Of a stretch of 64,000 nt of DNA, positions 1 through 12,222 are shown in pieces. The stretch's first letter is position 1. Every line of letters begins with the position of its first letter. The translations under genes were made by a program, and so were the position numbers. Under the pieces are notes generated by a model, which saw only the letters and a list, made by a program, of their open reading frames with translations, had not been told where the DNA came from and did not search any database. Source of the stretch: Eledone cirrhosa (lineage: Eukaryota); the NCBI GenBank assembly GCA_964016885.1, contig OZ024759.1, positions 16,988,001-17,052,000 on the forward strand, in the 5' to 3' direction.

Positions 1-312
1 CAAGTTTTGTTCAAATTTGATATATAGGTTATTTAGCTCCCGGAGCATGTCATCATATAGTTTAAATCTTTCTCTCCCCTAAAATAACAGAGTTCTGGGG
101 CTATTTAAAGGCATCCCATGTTGAGGAAAGAGGGGTGTTTTATTTACAGCAATGATGGGCACTTTTGCTAGTGTTAAATAGAAGTCAAATTTAATCAATG
201 GTGACTTCCAGTGAGTACCACTTACAATAGATCTCGTATGAAGAGAAATTAAAATATCTATTCATCCAATTCATTGGATTCAATTTACATGCCCTGTTCA
301 CACAGACACACA

Positions 313-654
313 TCATCATCATCATCATCATTTTACGTCCGCTTTTCCCTGCTTGCAGGGGTGGGACGGGAACTGATTCTGGCTTGATTTCTACAGCTGG
401 ATGCCCTTCCTAACACCAACCTCATTTACAGTGAGTGCTGGGTGCTTTTTTGCCGTGGCACCTCCACGACCACTTTGCAGTGGAATGATATGGACCCCAG
501 TCCCTATCATCTCATTTCTACAGCTGAGTAAACTGGAGCAATGTGAAATAAAGTGTCTTGCTCAAGGAAACAACACATCACCTGGTCTGGGAATTGAACT
601 CACAACCTTTCGATTGCAAGGCCAATGCTCTAACCACTAAGCCATGTGCCTCCA
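313..654 (-). mobile_element. tRNA-derived SINE (family A: tRNA-like head, CORE-like centre, RTE-like tail)
   Basis: Minus strand reads GGAGGCACATGGCTTAGTGGTTAGAGC (A-box-like), GAGTTCAATTCCC (B-box-like), CCTTGAGCAAGACACTTTATTTC and a tail ending GGACGTAAAATGATGATG; near-identical copies at 37868, 58370-59450 and 62350. Confidence 0.85.
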
Positions 655-789
655 TATATATATATATACACATATATATATAAAGAGTAGGCATAAACTC
701 TATACAATGTACACAATGTAACTCTTGGATACTCAAGATTAGTAATGCGATAACAAGTAGACTAAGAGGAAGGGAAGACGTATGTAGAA

Positions 790-1465
790 GATGCACAGGG
801 GTAATTGATGGAGAGCGTCAATAATATAAAGCTTTGCCAATCACACGAAGGATCCATAGAAGTGGTTGATAGCGCCTGCTCTCTAGGTGACCTAGTTAAC
901 AGGGGTGGAGGGTGCTCTGCGAGTATAATAGCTAGAATAAGGATAGGATGGAAGAAGTTTAGAGAGCTACTCCCACTGTTGACAACAAAAAATTTCAAAC
1001 CCTATGTACAAAAGGATGTCTGTATGATGCCTGTGTGTGAAGTGCGATGCTACATGGTAGTGAAACATGGGCAGTGACTGCAGAAGGCATGCATAGGATG
1101 GAGAGAAATGAAGCAACCATGCGTCGCTGGATGTACAATGTAAATGTGAGAGAAAGGCAGAGTTTGGATGAACTGAGGGAGAAGCTGGGTTAAAGAGGAA
1201 TCTGAGGTAGTGTGCAGAAGAAAAATACTGCATTAGTATGGACATGTAATGATCATTGGCTGAAAAAGTGCACGGAAATCCTAGTGAATGGAAGTTGCTG
1301 TAGAGGTAGACCAAGGAAGACCTGGGCGGAGGTGGTGAGATCTGATCTTAAATCGCTGAGACTCACAGAGGAGATGACTAAGAAACGTGGCGAATAGAGA
1401 GATGCTGTGCTGAAAAATACCCGTCCAACCCATGCAAGCATGGAAAAAAATGGACGAGATGATGA
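790..1465 (+). mobile_element. RTE-clade LINE, degenerate 3' fragment
   Basis: Frameshifted translation LGDLVNRGGGCSASIIARIRIGWKKFRELLPLLTTK...RGRPRKTWAEVV matches the region after the RT domain of RTE elements; tail CCAACCCATGCAAGCATGGAAAA. Confidence 0.8.
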
Positions 1466-2486
1466 TAATACATATTATATTACTTCGTTTAGATCTGATA
1501 ATTTTCGATAATAATGAGTAAAAACGATAATCTTAAAATATTATCAAAATGTAAGTTAAGCTCATGCTTGCGTGGGAAAAGGACGTTAAACGATGATGAT
1601 CATCTCTGCAAAATATTGCAGATTATTGAGAAAATTATGAAGAAACCAAAACAGGTTTCGGCACTAAACTAGCCACACGCAGACGATCTGACAATTTTTA
1701 CACCGTATATATAATAATAATGAAACTATTGTGTACAGTGCTCAGGTGCACTACAACTCATCAAAAGTGTATGTATAGTACATAGGGTAATGTACAAACG
1801 TCAGGAAAATGAACAGTGCATGGGTCATGATGTGCTTGTGTATGGAAGGGGGACATCAGGTGTAAAGAATCCAGTGAATTGAACAAGATATTTTCGTTTT
1901 CTTCATTCGAGATCTATTGTCAATCTTATATATACCCTTCCAGCTTCTTTATTTACAAAGTTGGCCGTTGAGCCTAATTAGATAGAATACTCAATCATTA
2001 TAACAGGTGTGGTTGTGGTGTTCCGATAGAAAGTTCTGGATTAACGATCTAGTCACATACCGATTTCGATTCTCTGTTGTGATCAGATTCATTACTAACA
2101 AAAACAAACAACGAGCCAACGACAGAGTTTCTACACGGTCGTGCGGTTCGCTAGAAAGAGTAGCTAAATTTCTTTCAAATCACTAGGTACCGGCTTAAAA
2201 AGAGAGGGGCGGAAGACACTCTTTGAGTAATGCGGTATTATATGCACACTGACTGAAAGAAAGAAAAAATAACACGACGAGATGGAGACAGCTTGAATGC
2301 GTTTGATCATAGGTATAACTCAAACCGGACTGACTTCGGGTTAAACATGTACAATATTGCAGACGGTATGATATATAGTAGATACCTTCACCTGTTTATT
2401 AAACATTAAAGCCTTCGTTGATTGAGCTATCGATTATTTTTTGAGGTAGGTAGGAGCTAATCATATCTGAACTCAGCTGGTCATAA

Positions 2487-2525
<39 letters not shown>

Positions 2526-2757
2526 CATATATATATATAGTTACCTGCATGTGGGATTATAATCACTAAATAATGAGCCCTCAATATGTAAACATAGACG
2601 TAAATATTTTATCATATAATTTAAAACATGTTAAACTGGCACAGACCTTCCTAGATACTCGGAATTTCTTGAAGCAAGCTGATGTTATTGCTGTTAGCTT
2701 TCTCGAAACACCGAGCACCTGTGAAGGTATACGTCAGTTTGCTGTGATTTATTTAAT

Positions 2758-3185
2758 ACTAGCAGTGGTACCCGGCGTTGCACGGGATATGTATTTTGGA
2801 ACGGGGGCCGCCAACAGACCTAATCGTGGAAAAACTGCATGCCTGGACAATATGTAAAGAAAATAAACAGAATACTCTGATGGCTGGATAATCTTTAAGA
2901 TTTTCCTCGATGAAGCAGGAAAAATGCAGGTTTTCACCTAATGCGGGCCATAGGGGATCAAGAAAATGAATTTTTTTAATGTGCATAATATGTCTTGAAA
3001 TTTGGGGAAAATCGGCTAGACGTAACGCTTCCAAAAAGCCCTAAAAAGCTGAAAAAAGGAAGTTTTTCACCTAATGCGGGCCCTAGGCCATAAAAAAGTT
3101 GGATTTTCTTTGCTCACGGTATGAAGAGACTGACTAATACATAGTTACAATTTCAAGGAAATCGATCTGACGTAACGCCTCAAAA
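2758..3185 (-). mobile_element. Non-autonomous Helitron/Helentron-like element (3' end at left)
   Basis: Minus strand CCCGTGCAACGCCGGGTACCACTGCTAGT is a subterminal hairpin followed by CTAG; internal repeated blocks TTTTCACCTAATGCGGGCC. Right boundary uncertain. Confidence 0.5.
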
Positions 3186-3286
3186 GAGACTATGTTGAAA
3201 AATAAACCTCATTTGGTCATTCCATCAGAGTATCTTGGTCATTCTATGGACTTTTCAGCCGCCCCTCGTATAATATCTATATCATT

Positions 3287-3482
3287 AATAATTGTTTCTA
3301 CTATTGGCACAATGCCAGCAAATACCTAGTACATTACTGGTACTTTATTTTATCGACCCCGTAAGGATGAAAGGCAAAGTTAACCTCGGCGCGATTTGAA
3401 CTCAGAATGGCAAGGACCGTAACTCAATGCATCAAAGCATGGCGTCCGACCCTCTACAGATACTGCCAATCCACCACCCATC
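3287..3482 (-). mobile_element. tRNA-derived SINE (family B)
   Basis: Minus strand TGGATTGGCAGTATC...GAGTTCAAATCGCGCCGAGGTTAACTTTGCCTTTCATCCTTACGGGGTCGATAAAATAAAGTACCAG; many further copies across the window. Confidence 0.8.
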
Positions 3483-4260
3483 TATATCATTAATAATACA
3501 ATTAAATAATTTTTTAAATTTCATATAAAACCCACACATTTATTTATTCATTTATTCCGCCTTTGTACTGTCACCAATGTTTTCACCCTCCTCCAAATAA
3601 AGCACTATTAATATTATATAATTTTATTTTGTTTGAATTTTCTTTTCACCTGTCTGTTGTTTTCTGTAAACATACCTTTTACACGAAAAAACCATCACAT
3701 TGGACCGCCTTTAATGTTTTCTTCGTGTCAGTCCTGTATGGCTAATAACGAAGAGCCTTTCGTCTTTCCGGAGGTCGATAAAATAAAGTACCAGTTGTGT
3801 ACTGAGGTCGATATAATCGACTTCTTTCCCTCAAATTACAGCGGGCCTTGTGCCAATGTTAAAAATAATAATAATAATAATTATTATTATATAGTTAATA
3901 TTCATGTTTTCCTTTCCGGTCATTAAAAAATAAACTCCAATATGTTACCTTCATTTAAATAACAAACCCCCTCCATACATACATAATTACATAAACCAGC
4001 AGGATATTTATTTAATGGTAATTAGTATCAAAGTTCCACGTAAATATTCATTCCATATTCCTTATTAGTGTGCTTTTATAGCGGCTTGACAAATAGATAT
4101 TGATAAAATGAGTACCAGGCTTGAAAAAACAAAATAAAAATAAAAGCTACTGGGGTTGATATGATAAACTAAAACAAGATGGTGCCCTAACATGACCGCA
4201 GTCTAATGCCAGACCCACTATCTGCGTGTGTGTGTGTAAGCACACACACACATATATATA

Positions 4261-4318
<58 letters not shown>

Positions 4319-4368
4319 AAATAAAATAACAGGAGGCTGGACTTGTGTAAATCCTTGAAAGGTTTATT

Positions 4369-4426
4369 ATACGATGATCATTTCAATGACCGGGTTCCGT
4401 ATGAATCCGGTGATATCATCAGGTAT
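4369..4426 (-). ncRNA. Minimal type I hammerhead ribozyme motif (Penelope-like fragment)
   Basis: Minus: AUAC-CUGAUGA-stem II (ACCGG/CCGGU)-GAAA-U-GAUC-A-UC-GUAU; palindromic stem III loop; AATAAA follows immediately; fragment bracketed by (TA)n. Confidence 0.75.
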
Positions 4427-4497
4427 TCGAAATATAACAAAGGAATATAACAGACAAAATCCATGGGGCTGAAAATCATAAACAAGAGGACGACCGA

Positions 4498-4542
<45 letters not shown>

Positions 4543-4723
4543 GATATATATATATATATATATACAGGGAGAGAGAGAGAGTACACAATATATTGTATAT
4601 ATCCAAAGCACATATTTCAAAGAAAAATACGTGCTTTAGATGGAACCAATAAATTCCCTAATAGCGCATTAATCAAACATATTTGATGTTTTGATACCTC
4701 ATATTTGTGTGTGTGTATGTATG

Positions 4724-4759
<36 letters not shown>

Positions 4760-7700
4760 CCACGTATTACGTACACCTTACGAACTCTATGCCAAACTAC
4801 TGGTGAATTTTTGTTTTTATTCTCATTATTTGTCTTTCTCACACCTTTATTTTGTTGCCTTTTTTCTCATATAAACCTCACAATGAATCGTCCTATACTC
4901 GATATGTATGTAAAATCTTGTAGTTAATAAAGCAATTATTATTATAAAGAAACCAATTATTGTTATTGAAAACGCCGGTGTAAAACTGAAAGCGAAAGTA
5001 ACTTAGTTTGTAACACCGACAGGAAATATAACAAGTACTTTCTTCCGTTTGCATGAAATACAATATAACAACGAAAAATGAACTGGCAGTCACAACAAAA
5101 GCTTATAAATAGACGGACTAAGGTTGTCAGAAGAAAATTGTTTCGATAAAAACAAACAGCAAAGAAAGACAACTGCAGTTTTTTTACTTGCCTTTTTTTC
5201 TTCGTTTTTACTCAGAATGTGAAACTTAAATTAAAGTGTGAAGTCCTCCATCTCGGTTCGAGGAGAAAAACCATGCCAAATAAAACACTAAATGTGTGAG
5301 GTGAAATGTTTGTCATGTTGACAGATCAAAGTCATTGTGAGTTATCTCCCGTAATTACCACTTTACTGCTGAGCAGGAAATCTGAGTCACTCAGTTGTAA
5401 CAATAACGAAAGTAATAATAATAATATCATTATTCCTATATTTCTATTATTCTATAATGTCTTGGGCTCTTGTAACCAATTAAAGAAATTATAGCTGTTA
5501 CAATACGTAAAATACAAGTATGAGTAGATAGGTGCAAGCATGACTGTGTGGTTTAGGAGGTCGCTTCGCAACCACGTGGTTCAAACGCTACGCCCCACCT
5601 TGGGAAAGTGTCTTCTCCAGGTTGAGCAATATCTGGGGAGTGGAATTCCTGAGATGGAAACTGCAGAAGCCCGTACGTGTGTGTGTGTGTGTTTACGCTT
5701 GAGTCCGTGGTCTATGTCGAATGACTTAGCAGTTCGACAAACAAAAATCAATAAAATAAGTACTAGGGGGGCGATATTATCGACTAAATCAAAAGCGGGG
5801 CTCCAGCATGACCACAGTCTCTATGTTTATAAATGAGGTAGAGAGATACCAGCAAAAGAATAACAGAATTATTCGAATCCTTACAAATATAGAGAGGAAC
5901 CATATGTTAAATTTTCAGATCCTTACAGGGTTGATAAAATGAAGTACCAGTGACACAGGTTCCCCTTCAAATTGCTGGCCTTCTGCCAAAAGTAGAAACA
6001 ATTATTTTTGTGAATCCCTCCATTCGTTTCTTTTTTTTTCTTTTTCATTATAATCCCCACACCTTTCTTCTTTCTTTTCTTTTTTAGTACTGGATATATC
6101 TGTACAGTCTCAGTCATTACATAAACTCTACTTCATTAATTAATTCAAATACAATGGATTTCATTAATTTTAACCCTTTCGTGACAGTATTATCATAATT
6201 TAACGTGGAAAAATAGACGTTAAATGATAATGATAATGAAGACAACGATGATGATGATACGGTCATGAAATGGTTAAAATTATCTTTGCCTGTTTGTCTT
6301 ACCTTTTTCGTGATGGAATATGGTAGTAGCATAAACAGAGACTCTCCTTCACAAACAACGACAACAGTAACGACAACAATATAAACAGCAGCAGCTAAGC
6401 TAAGCTAGTTTTTAGTCTGTCATAGAGTACAACTTCCTTATTTACCTGGTGACAAACAGCCAGGTGGAGAAGCAACCCATTTATGTTTATAAATGAGGTA
6501 GAGAGATACAATGGGGGAATGGTTTTGGTTTCTTTATTTTATTTTATTTTTATTTAATATATATTTTTTCGCTACTGATAAGTTTGTTAAGGTGAGGGTA
6601 AGGTTTGGGTTAGGGGTGGAAGAACATCTAATCAGACTTAGTGTTCAGGTAACAATTTTATTAGTAAGCAGCTAAAATATAGGACTCAAGTATTTTGTTT
6701 TATTCTTTTCTTATCACAGGTGACAACTAATAACAAATATGTTGACCTGGACCCCTTACCTCTCTCTCCCCCACTCTCAAATAAATAAACATACTAATTT
6801 TTTTTTTTTTTTTTGGTTTTCATTTTGAGAAGAAAGTGCAGGGCGTAAACATAACTTTACCAGAATTTTTTAGAGTATAGGGATAAGAAGAAGGACAACA
6901 AGTATTTAAACCCTTTTGTAACCATATTTCTAATGAAAGACACAACCTATGAGTGGTAAGAAAATCTTAGGGGAGCTGAACAGCAGAAGGTCTTCAGAGA
7001 AAAAACCCTCCCCAAGCAAATGTTTTGACCCTTAACTTCTGAGGGCCAAAATAATTTTGAAAATAATCAAGATTTTGGAATGATTTAATAACTTAATCTA
7101 CTTTCTTATCATTAAATTGGTGTTGAGAGCAGTAGATTGGTAGACTCGGTAGAGCATTGGACAAAATACTTTGCTGTATTTAATTAGAACTTTCTACATT
7201 CTGAGTTTAAATCCTACTGAGGTTAATTTTGCCTTTCATTCTTCCATGGTCAATAAAATAAAGTAGCAGTAATGCACTGGGGTTGATATAATTGAGTCAT
7301 GTGAGCTCTAAAACAGACTTTATAATCATCATGGGATACTTTTTGATGCAATCTTTTATTGCTGGATGTACTTCCTAGTACCAGCCTATTTAGTTACCAC
7401 CTTACGACACAGAGGAATATAATACACCTCTTCTAAAATGTATACACACAGTGCAGGGATGTCATGTTATCATGCCATGCTATGTTATGCCCTTAACTCT
7501 AGATGGAGTCATGGAGATGCTGTAGTTACATACAGCATATCTTGAGACTATCAAAATTGGCAGAGCTAACCCCCCTCCCCTCACCACCCAAGTTTGAATA
7601 TAGCCAATTCTTCCAAAGAGGAAAAAAAAAAAAATCAACCCTAGTACTGCACTGAGGACTGGGCACTTTTTTGTCATAACTCCTACATGACCACTTTACA

Positions 7701-7914
7701 GTGTGGACTGGGCACTTGTTTATTGTTTGACCCGAATTACTACTTGGTCGTTTGTTTTGGCTGTGCGAATGATATGTTTAACCATCATCTCAATGTGTTT
7801 GGCCCTTAACGTATGTTGTAGTTCTGATTCACATGAATCATCGAGCGCTTGCCACACATATCGGACGTTGATTTTTGTTAATTCCTGAGCTGAAAACGAT
7901 TCTCGCTAATTTAT

Positions 7915-7955
<41 letters not shown>

Positions 7956-8429
7956 TAGAATACTGGTGGATTATAGCCATAATAGTAGAGCACTCAGTCT
8001 ATGGGACAAGTTTGGTGCTCTATTGACTTCAAAAGACTAAAATTCAAAGCTGACCTCAGTCGGAATTGAACTCAGAGAGCATATAGAGCTGGAAAGAATA
8101 CTGCAAGCCATTCTATCTGATGTTCTAATGACTCTGCTGCAAAGATAAGAACTATTTTAAGCACAAAGCTAACACATTTGGAGAAGGGGAAAGTTGATTA
8201 AATCAACCTCAGTAGTTGACTAGTATTTTATTTTATTGAACCAGAAGGTTGAAAGACAAAGTTGACCTCAGTGGCATTTGAACTTAGTGTGTAAGGGCCT
8301 GGAAGAAATACCACAAAAGCATTGCATCCTATATTATAAAGACTTAGTAAATGTTTACTAATACGCATACTTCGTTCTGGACTTACCTATAAGCTAAATA
8401 AGCTGTAGCTTAGAGCCACAAATCCCTCC

Positions 8430-9455
8430 ACTACTGCCATCTCACTAGCCATTCTAGTAGCTATTCTAATAACATCATCACCACCACCACCACCACCACT
8501 ACAACACTGCCATCTCGGTAGCAATTCCACCACCACCACCACCACTACTACCACCTATGCCATTCTAATAACACCACCACCATCACTACAACACTGCCAT
8601 CTCGGTAGCAATTCCACCACCACCACTACTACTACCACCTATGCCATTCTAATAACATCACCACCACCACCACACCACCACTGCCATCTCAGTAGCGTTT
8701 CTACCACCACCACCACCACCACACCACCACCACCACTACAACACTGCCATCTCGGTAGCAATTCCACCACCACCACCACCACCACCACTACTACCACCAA
8801 TGCCATTCTAATAACATCACCACCACCACCACACCACCATCACAGTAGCCTTTCCACCACCACCACTACTACCACCACCACTACAACACTGCCATCTCGG
8901 TAGCAATTCCACCACCACCACCACCACCACCACTACTACCACCAATGCCATTCTAATAACATCACCACCACCACCACACCACCATCACAGTAGCCTTTCC
9001 ACCACCACCACTACTACCACCACCACTACAACACTGCCATCTCAGTAGCAATTCCACCACCACCACTACTACTACCACCAATGCCATTCTAATAACATCC
9101 CCACCACCACCACCACACTGCCATCTCAGTAGCCTACCACCACCACCACCACCACTACTACCACCACTACTACCACCAATGCCATTCTAATAACATCCCC
9201 ACCACCACCACCACACTGCCATCTCAGTAGCCTACCACCACCACCACTACTACCACCACTACTACCACCAATGCCATTCTAATAACATCCCCACCACCAC
9301 CACCACACTGCCATCTCAGTAGCCTACAACCACCACCACCACCACTACTACCACCACTACTACCACCAATGCCATTCTAATAACATCCCCACCACCACCA
9401 CACCACCACCATCACTGCCATCTCAGTAGCCTTTCCACCACCACCATCACCACTA
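8430..9455. repeat. Complex (CAC/TAC)-rich minisatellite
   Basis: Alternating blocks ACACTGCCATCTCGGTAGCAATTCC and TGCCATTCTAATAACATC separated by (ACC)n runs. Confidence 0.9.
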
Positions 9456-9582
9456 TCAATGTTATCTAATTACTGATCAGATGACAGACCTTCAAGTATT
9501 AAGTGTCACTTGGTCAAGATTACATTGTTTTGATGTTTATGTTGTGGCTTGACCAACATACTGACACAGCACACACACACAC

Positions 9583-9654
9583 ATAGGGTGTCCTCAAAAC
9601 ATGTATACACCATTCTAATAAATATTGCTTGTACATTTTTTGGCGACACCCTAT
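9583..9654. mobile_element. Tiny Tc1/mariner-type MITE
   Basis: Terminal inverted repeats ATAGGGTGTCCTCAAAA / TTTTGGCGACACCCTAT. Confidence 0.5.
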
Positions 9655-9681
9655 CTATATATATATATATATATATATATA

Positions 9682-10442
9682 TGTAGCGAAATCTGTCCAT
9701 GCCTTGAACCTTGGGTGACACCTAAAGGTCAAACTCTAGGTCACCACCCTTTTGGTGTGAACAGGTTCAAGCGTGGGCTATCCCCTCAAGGTGGGAGACA
9801 GAAAGCGACAGGTATATAAAGCCTGTATCATCCCACATTTATACAGAGAGATCGGAGCACCACGCTAGCGACAAACTATGTAAGGATTCACCGCTATCTA
9901 CAGCCCCCAGAGGTCTACAGACATAGAGAGAGATCGGAGCACTACGATACAGACCAGCTATGTAAAGATTCACTGCTATCTACAGGCCCCAGTGGTCTAC
10001 AGACATACAGAGAGATCGAAGCACTACGATACAGACCAGCTATGTAAAGATTCACCGCTATCTACAGGCCCCAGAGGTCTACAGACATACAGAGAGATCA
10101 GAGCACTACGATACAGACCAGCTATGTAAGGATTCACCGCTATCTACAGTCAATTACAGCCCATTATCCTCTCTCTCCTGGTTGCAGACTAAACCAGACT
10201 CACGAGGAGAACTACTACCACGGACTGCATCCACCAACAAACTTTATCTGGTCGCTCGCTGTTTTCACATCAACAACAAAATAACACTGTCAACCTTCTC
10301 AACCTCGTGGTAACTTGATTATTCTTCTTTTTGACTGAAGTGAAGTAAACCTTTATATATGAAGTAAATCGATATTCTTGTTATTTCATCTAATAACCTT
10401 GTTAATCCCATCTAACAAATATTACTCATACCCTTCGTTAAA
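9682..10442 (+). mobile_element. Probable solo LTR with an internal 82-bp tandem repeat
   Basis: Starts TGTAGCGAA and ends TTCGTTAAA (degenerate inverted termini); TATA-like TATATAAA near 9813; about 4 copies of an 82-bp unit at 9842-10150; flanked by (TA)n. Confidence 0.5.
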
Positions 10443-10955
10443 TATATATATATATATACTGACACAGTATACACACATATATATATGTGAGTATATATTT
10501 ATATCATCATCATCGCAATCTAAAGTTCATTTTTCCACACTAGCATGGGTTAGACAAGTTGTCTGTTGTGAGACAAGCCAGATCAGATGACCATGTCTAG
10601 CTCATACAGAACTGATTTTGGCTTGGTTTCTATGGCTGGATGCCCTTTCTAATGCCAACTACATTTGTAGTGTGTACTGGGTGCTTTTTATCATGGCACC
10701 AACACGACCACTCTACACTGTGGGCTGGGTACTTTTTGTCATGACTCCTACAGTGTGGACTGGGCACTTTACAACCACTTTACATAAATATATATATAGT
10801 TTCATTGACAAGTATATTAATTGCACAGGCACGCAGATATATTGCCCTTGGTATGACAGTGTGGTTTTAGCTCAATGTAGGATAACTAGTATACTACAGA
10901 GCCGTTATAAGTTTAGGAATAACCAAAGAGTACTTAGAAATACATTGTTTTATTT

Positions 10956-11000
10956 GCTAACAGTGTTTCATCCATACCCTATAGCAGGTATCATCAGAGC
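10956..11000 (-). ncRNA. Hammerhead-like motif (left arm)
   Basis: Minus: GCU-CUGAUGA-stem II-GAAA-CACUG-UU-AGC; stem I is only 3 bp. Confidence 0.55.
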
Positions 11001-11350
11001 TTATAAACAAAAATATATCAAAGATTGCAGGCTCCATCGAGCTCAGTCACCAGAACAAGGATAAAGGACAAGTAGGGGGGTCCCAAGGCCAGCGCTATAT
11101 AGAAAAACACACAATACATGACGCATATAATGTCATAAGAAATTACATCAAAAGTTTATCACATAAAAGGTGCAATAGATGATAATAGATGATAAACTTT
11201 TGATGTAATTTCTTATGACATTATGTGCATCATGTATTGTGTGTTTTTCTATATAGCGCTGGCCTTGGGACCCCCCTACTTGTCCTTTATCCTTGTTCTG
11301 GTGACTGAGCTTGATGGAGCCTGCAACCTTTGATATATTTTTGTTTATAA

Positions 11351-11395
11351 GCTCTGATGATTCCTGCCATAGGGTATGGATGAAACACTGTTAGC
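11351..11395 (+). ncRNA. Hammerhead-like motif (right arm)
   Basis: GCT-CTGATGA-TTCCTGCCATAGGGTATGGAT-GAAA-CACTG-TT-AGC. Confidence 0.55.
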
Positions 11396-11572
11396 AAATA
11401 AAACAATGTATTTCTAAGCACTCTTTGGTTATTTCTAAACTTATATATATATATATATATATTACTATTAGTAGAATACTGGTGGGTTATAGCTATAGTA
11501 GTAGAGCACTCAGTCTATGGGTCAAGTTTGGTTTCTATAATTCTTTTTCCTTTTCCATATAATCTCATTTAA

Positions 11573-11615
11573 TCCGAGCTGATAATCCGACTAAGGTGAA
11601 ACAATTGTTCTCGGA
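11573..11615 (+). ncRNA. Degenerate minimal hammerhead motif
   Basis: TCCGAG-CTGATAA (core G-to-A change)-TCCGACTAAGGT-GAAA-C-AATT-G-TT-CTCGGA; 6-bp stem I and palindromic loop. Confidence 0.55.
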
Positions 11616-11641
11616 AATGGTGAATTAACTGTTGTGGAACT

Positions 11642-11707
<66 letters not shown>

Positions 11708-12175
11708 TCTTACATATTCTCTATATATTTTTTATCTTTATTATTATTTCCACTTTTATCCTCCTTTATATTTTACCTTATTCTTACCTTTATACCTTAT
11801 TATAGTGTAATCTTCCCCATGCCTTATTATACACTATTAATTATAGATTATTATTATTACTCTTTTTCCATTTCTAATTACCTCATGTACCTTCTGCTCC
11901 GCTATATGTATATATGTATTCTACGCCCTTTGTGTTTGTGTAGCCTCTGCGCACCCTCTGCACCATACTATCCACGCCACCCCATCTATGGTTCAGCTAA
12001 CCACCCGACCCCCGGGAATGAATATGACCGCAGCTAGTAAACAAGGACCAACACCCCACCCTCCCGCACCAAAATTAGACTTATCGTCCCCTACTTTTGC
12101 TCTTTACTCTCTTTACTCTTTGTTCTTGGGTGTTTGGTTGGTAGAGTCCATAACACCAATCAAACCCCTTTTATA

Positions 12176-12222
12176 GCTCTGATGAATCCTACGGTTACAC
12201 GTAAGGAAGAAACATTGTTAGC
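12176..12222 (+). ncRNA. Hammerhead-like motif
   Basis: GCT-CTGATGA-ATCCTACG-GTTACA-CGTAAGGAA-GAAA-CATTG-TT-AGC followed by AATAAA; same layout as 11351 with a different stem II. Confidence 0.55.

Larger units (their letters stand above)
10907..11444. mobile_element. Penelope-like inverted terminal duplication (arms about 250 bp)
   Basis: 10907-11160 is the near-perfect reverse complement of 11191-11444, with a 30-bp spacer; each arm holds a hammerhead motif. Confidence 0.7.

Noticed and set aside
4870-6520. Possible promoter or exon in a relatively repeat-poor stretch, with a 28-bp direct repeat at 5822 and 6482
   Set aside because: No recognisable coding sequence or paired splice signals, and the motif matches are too short to support a call.
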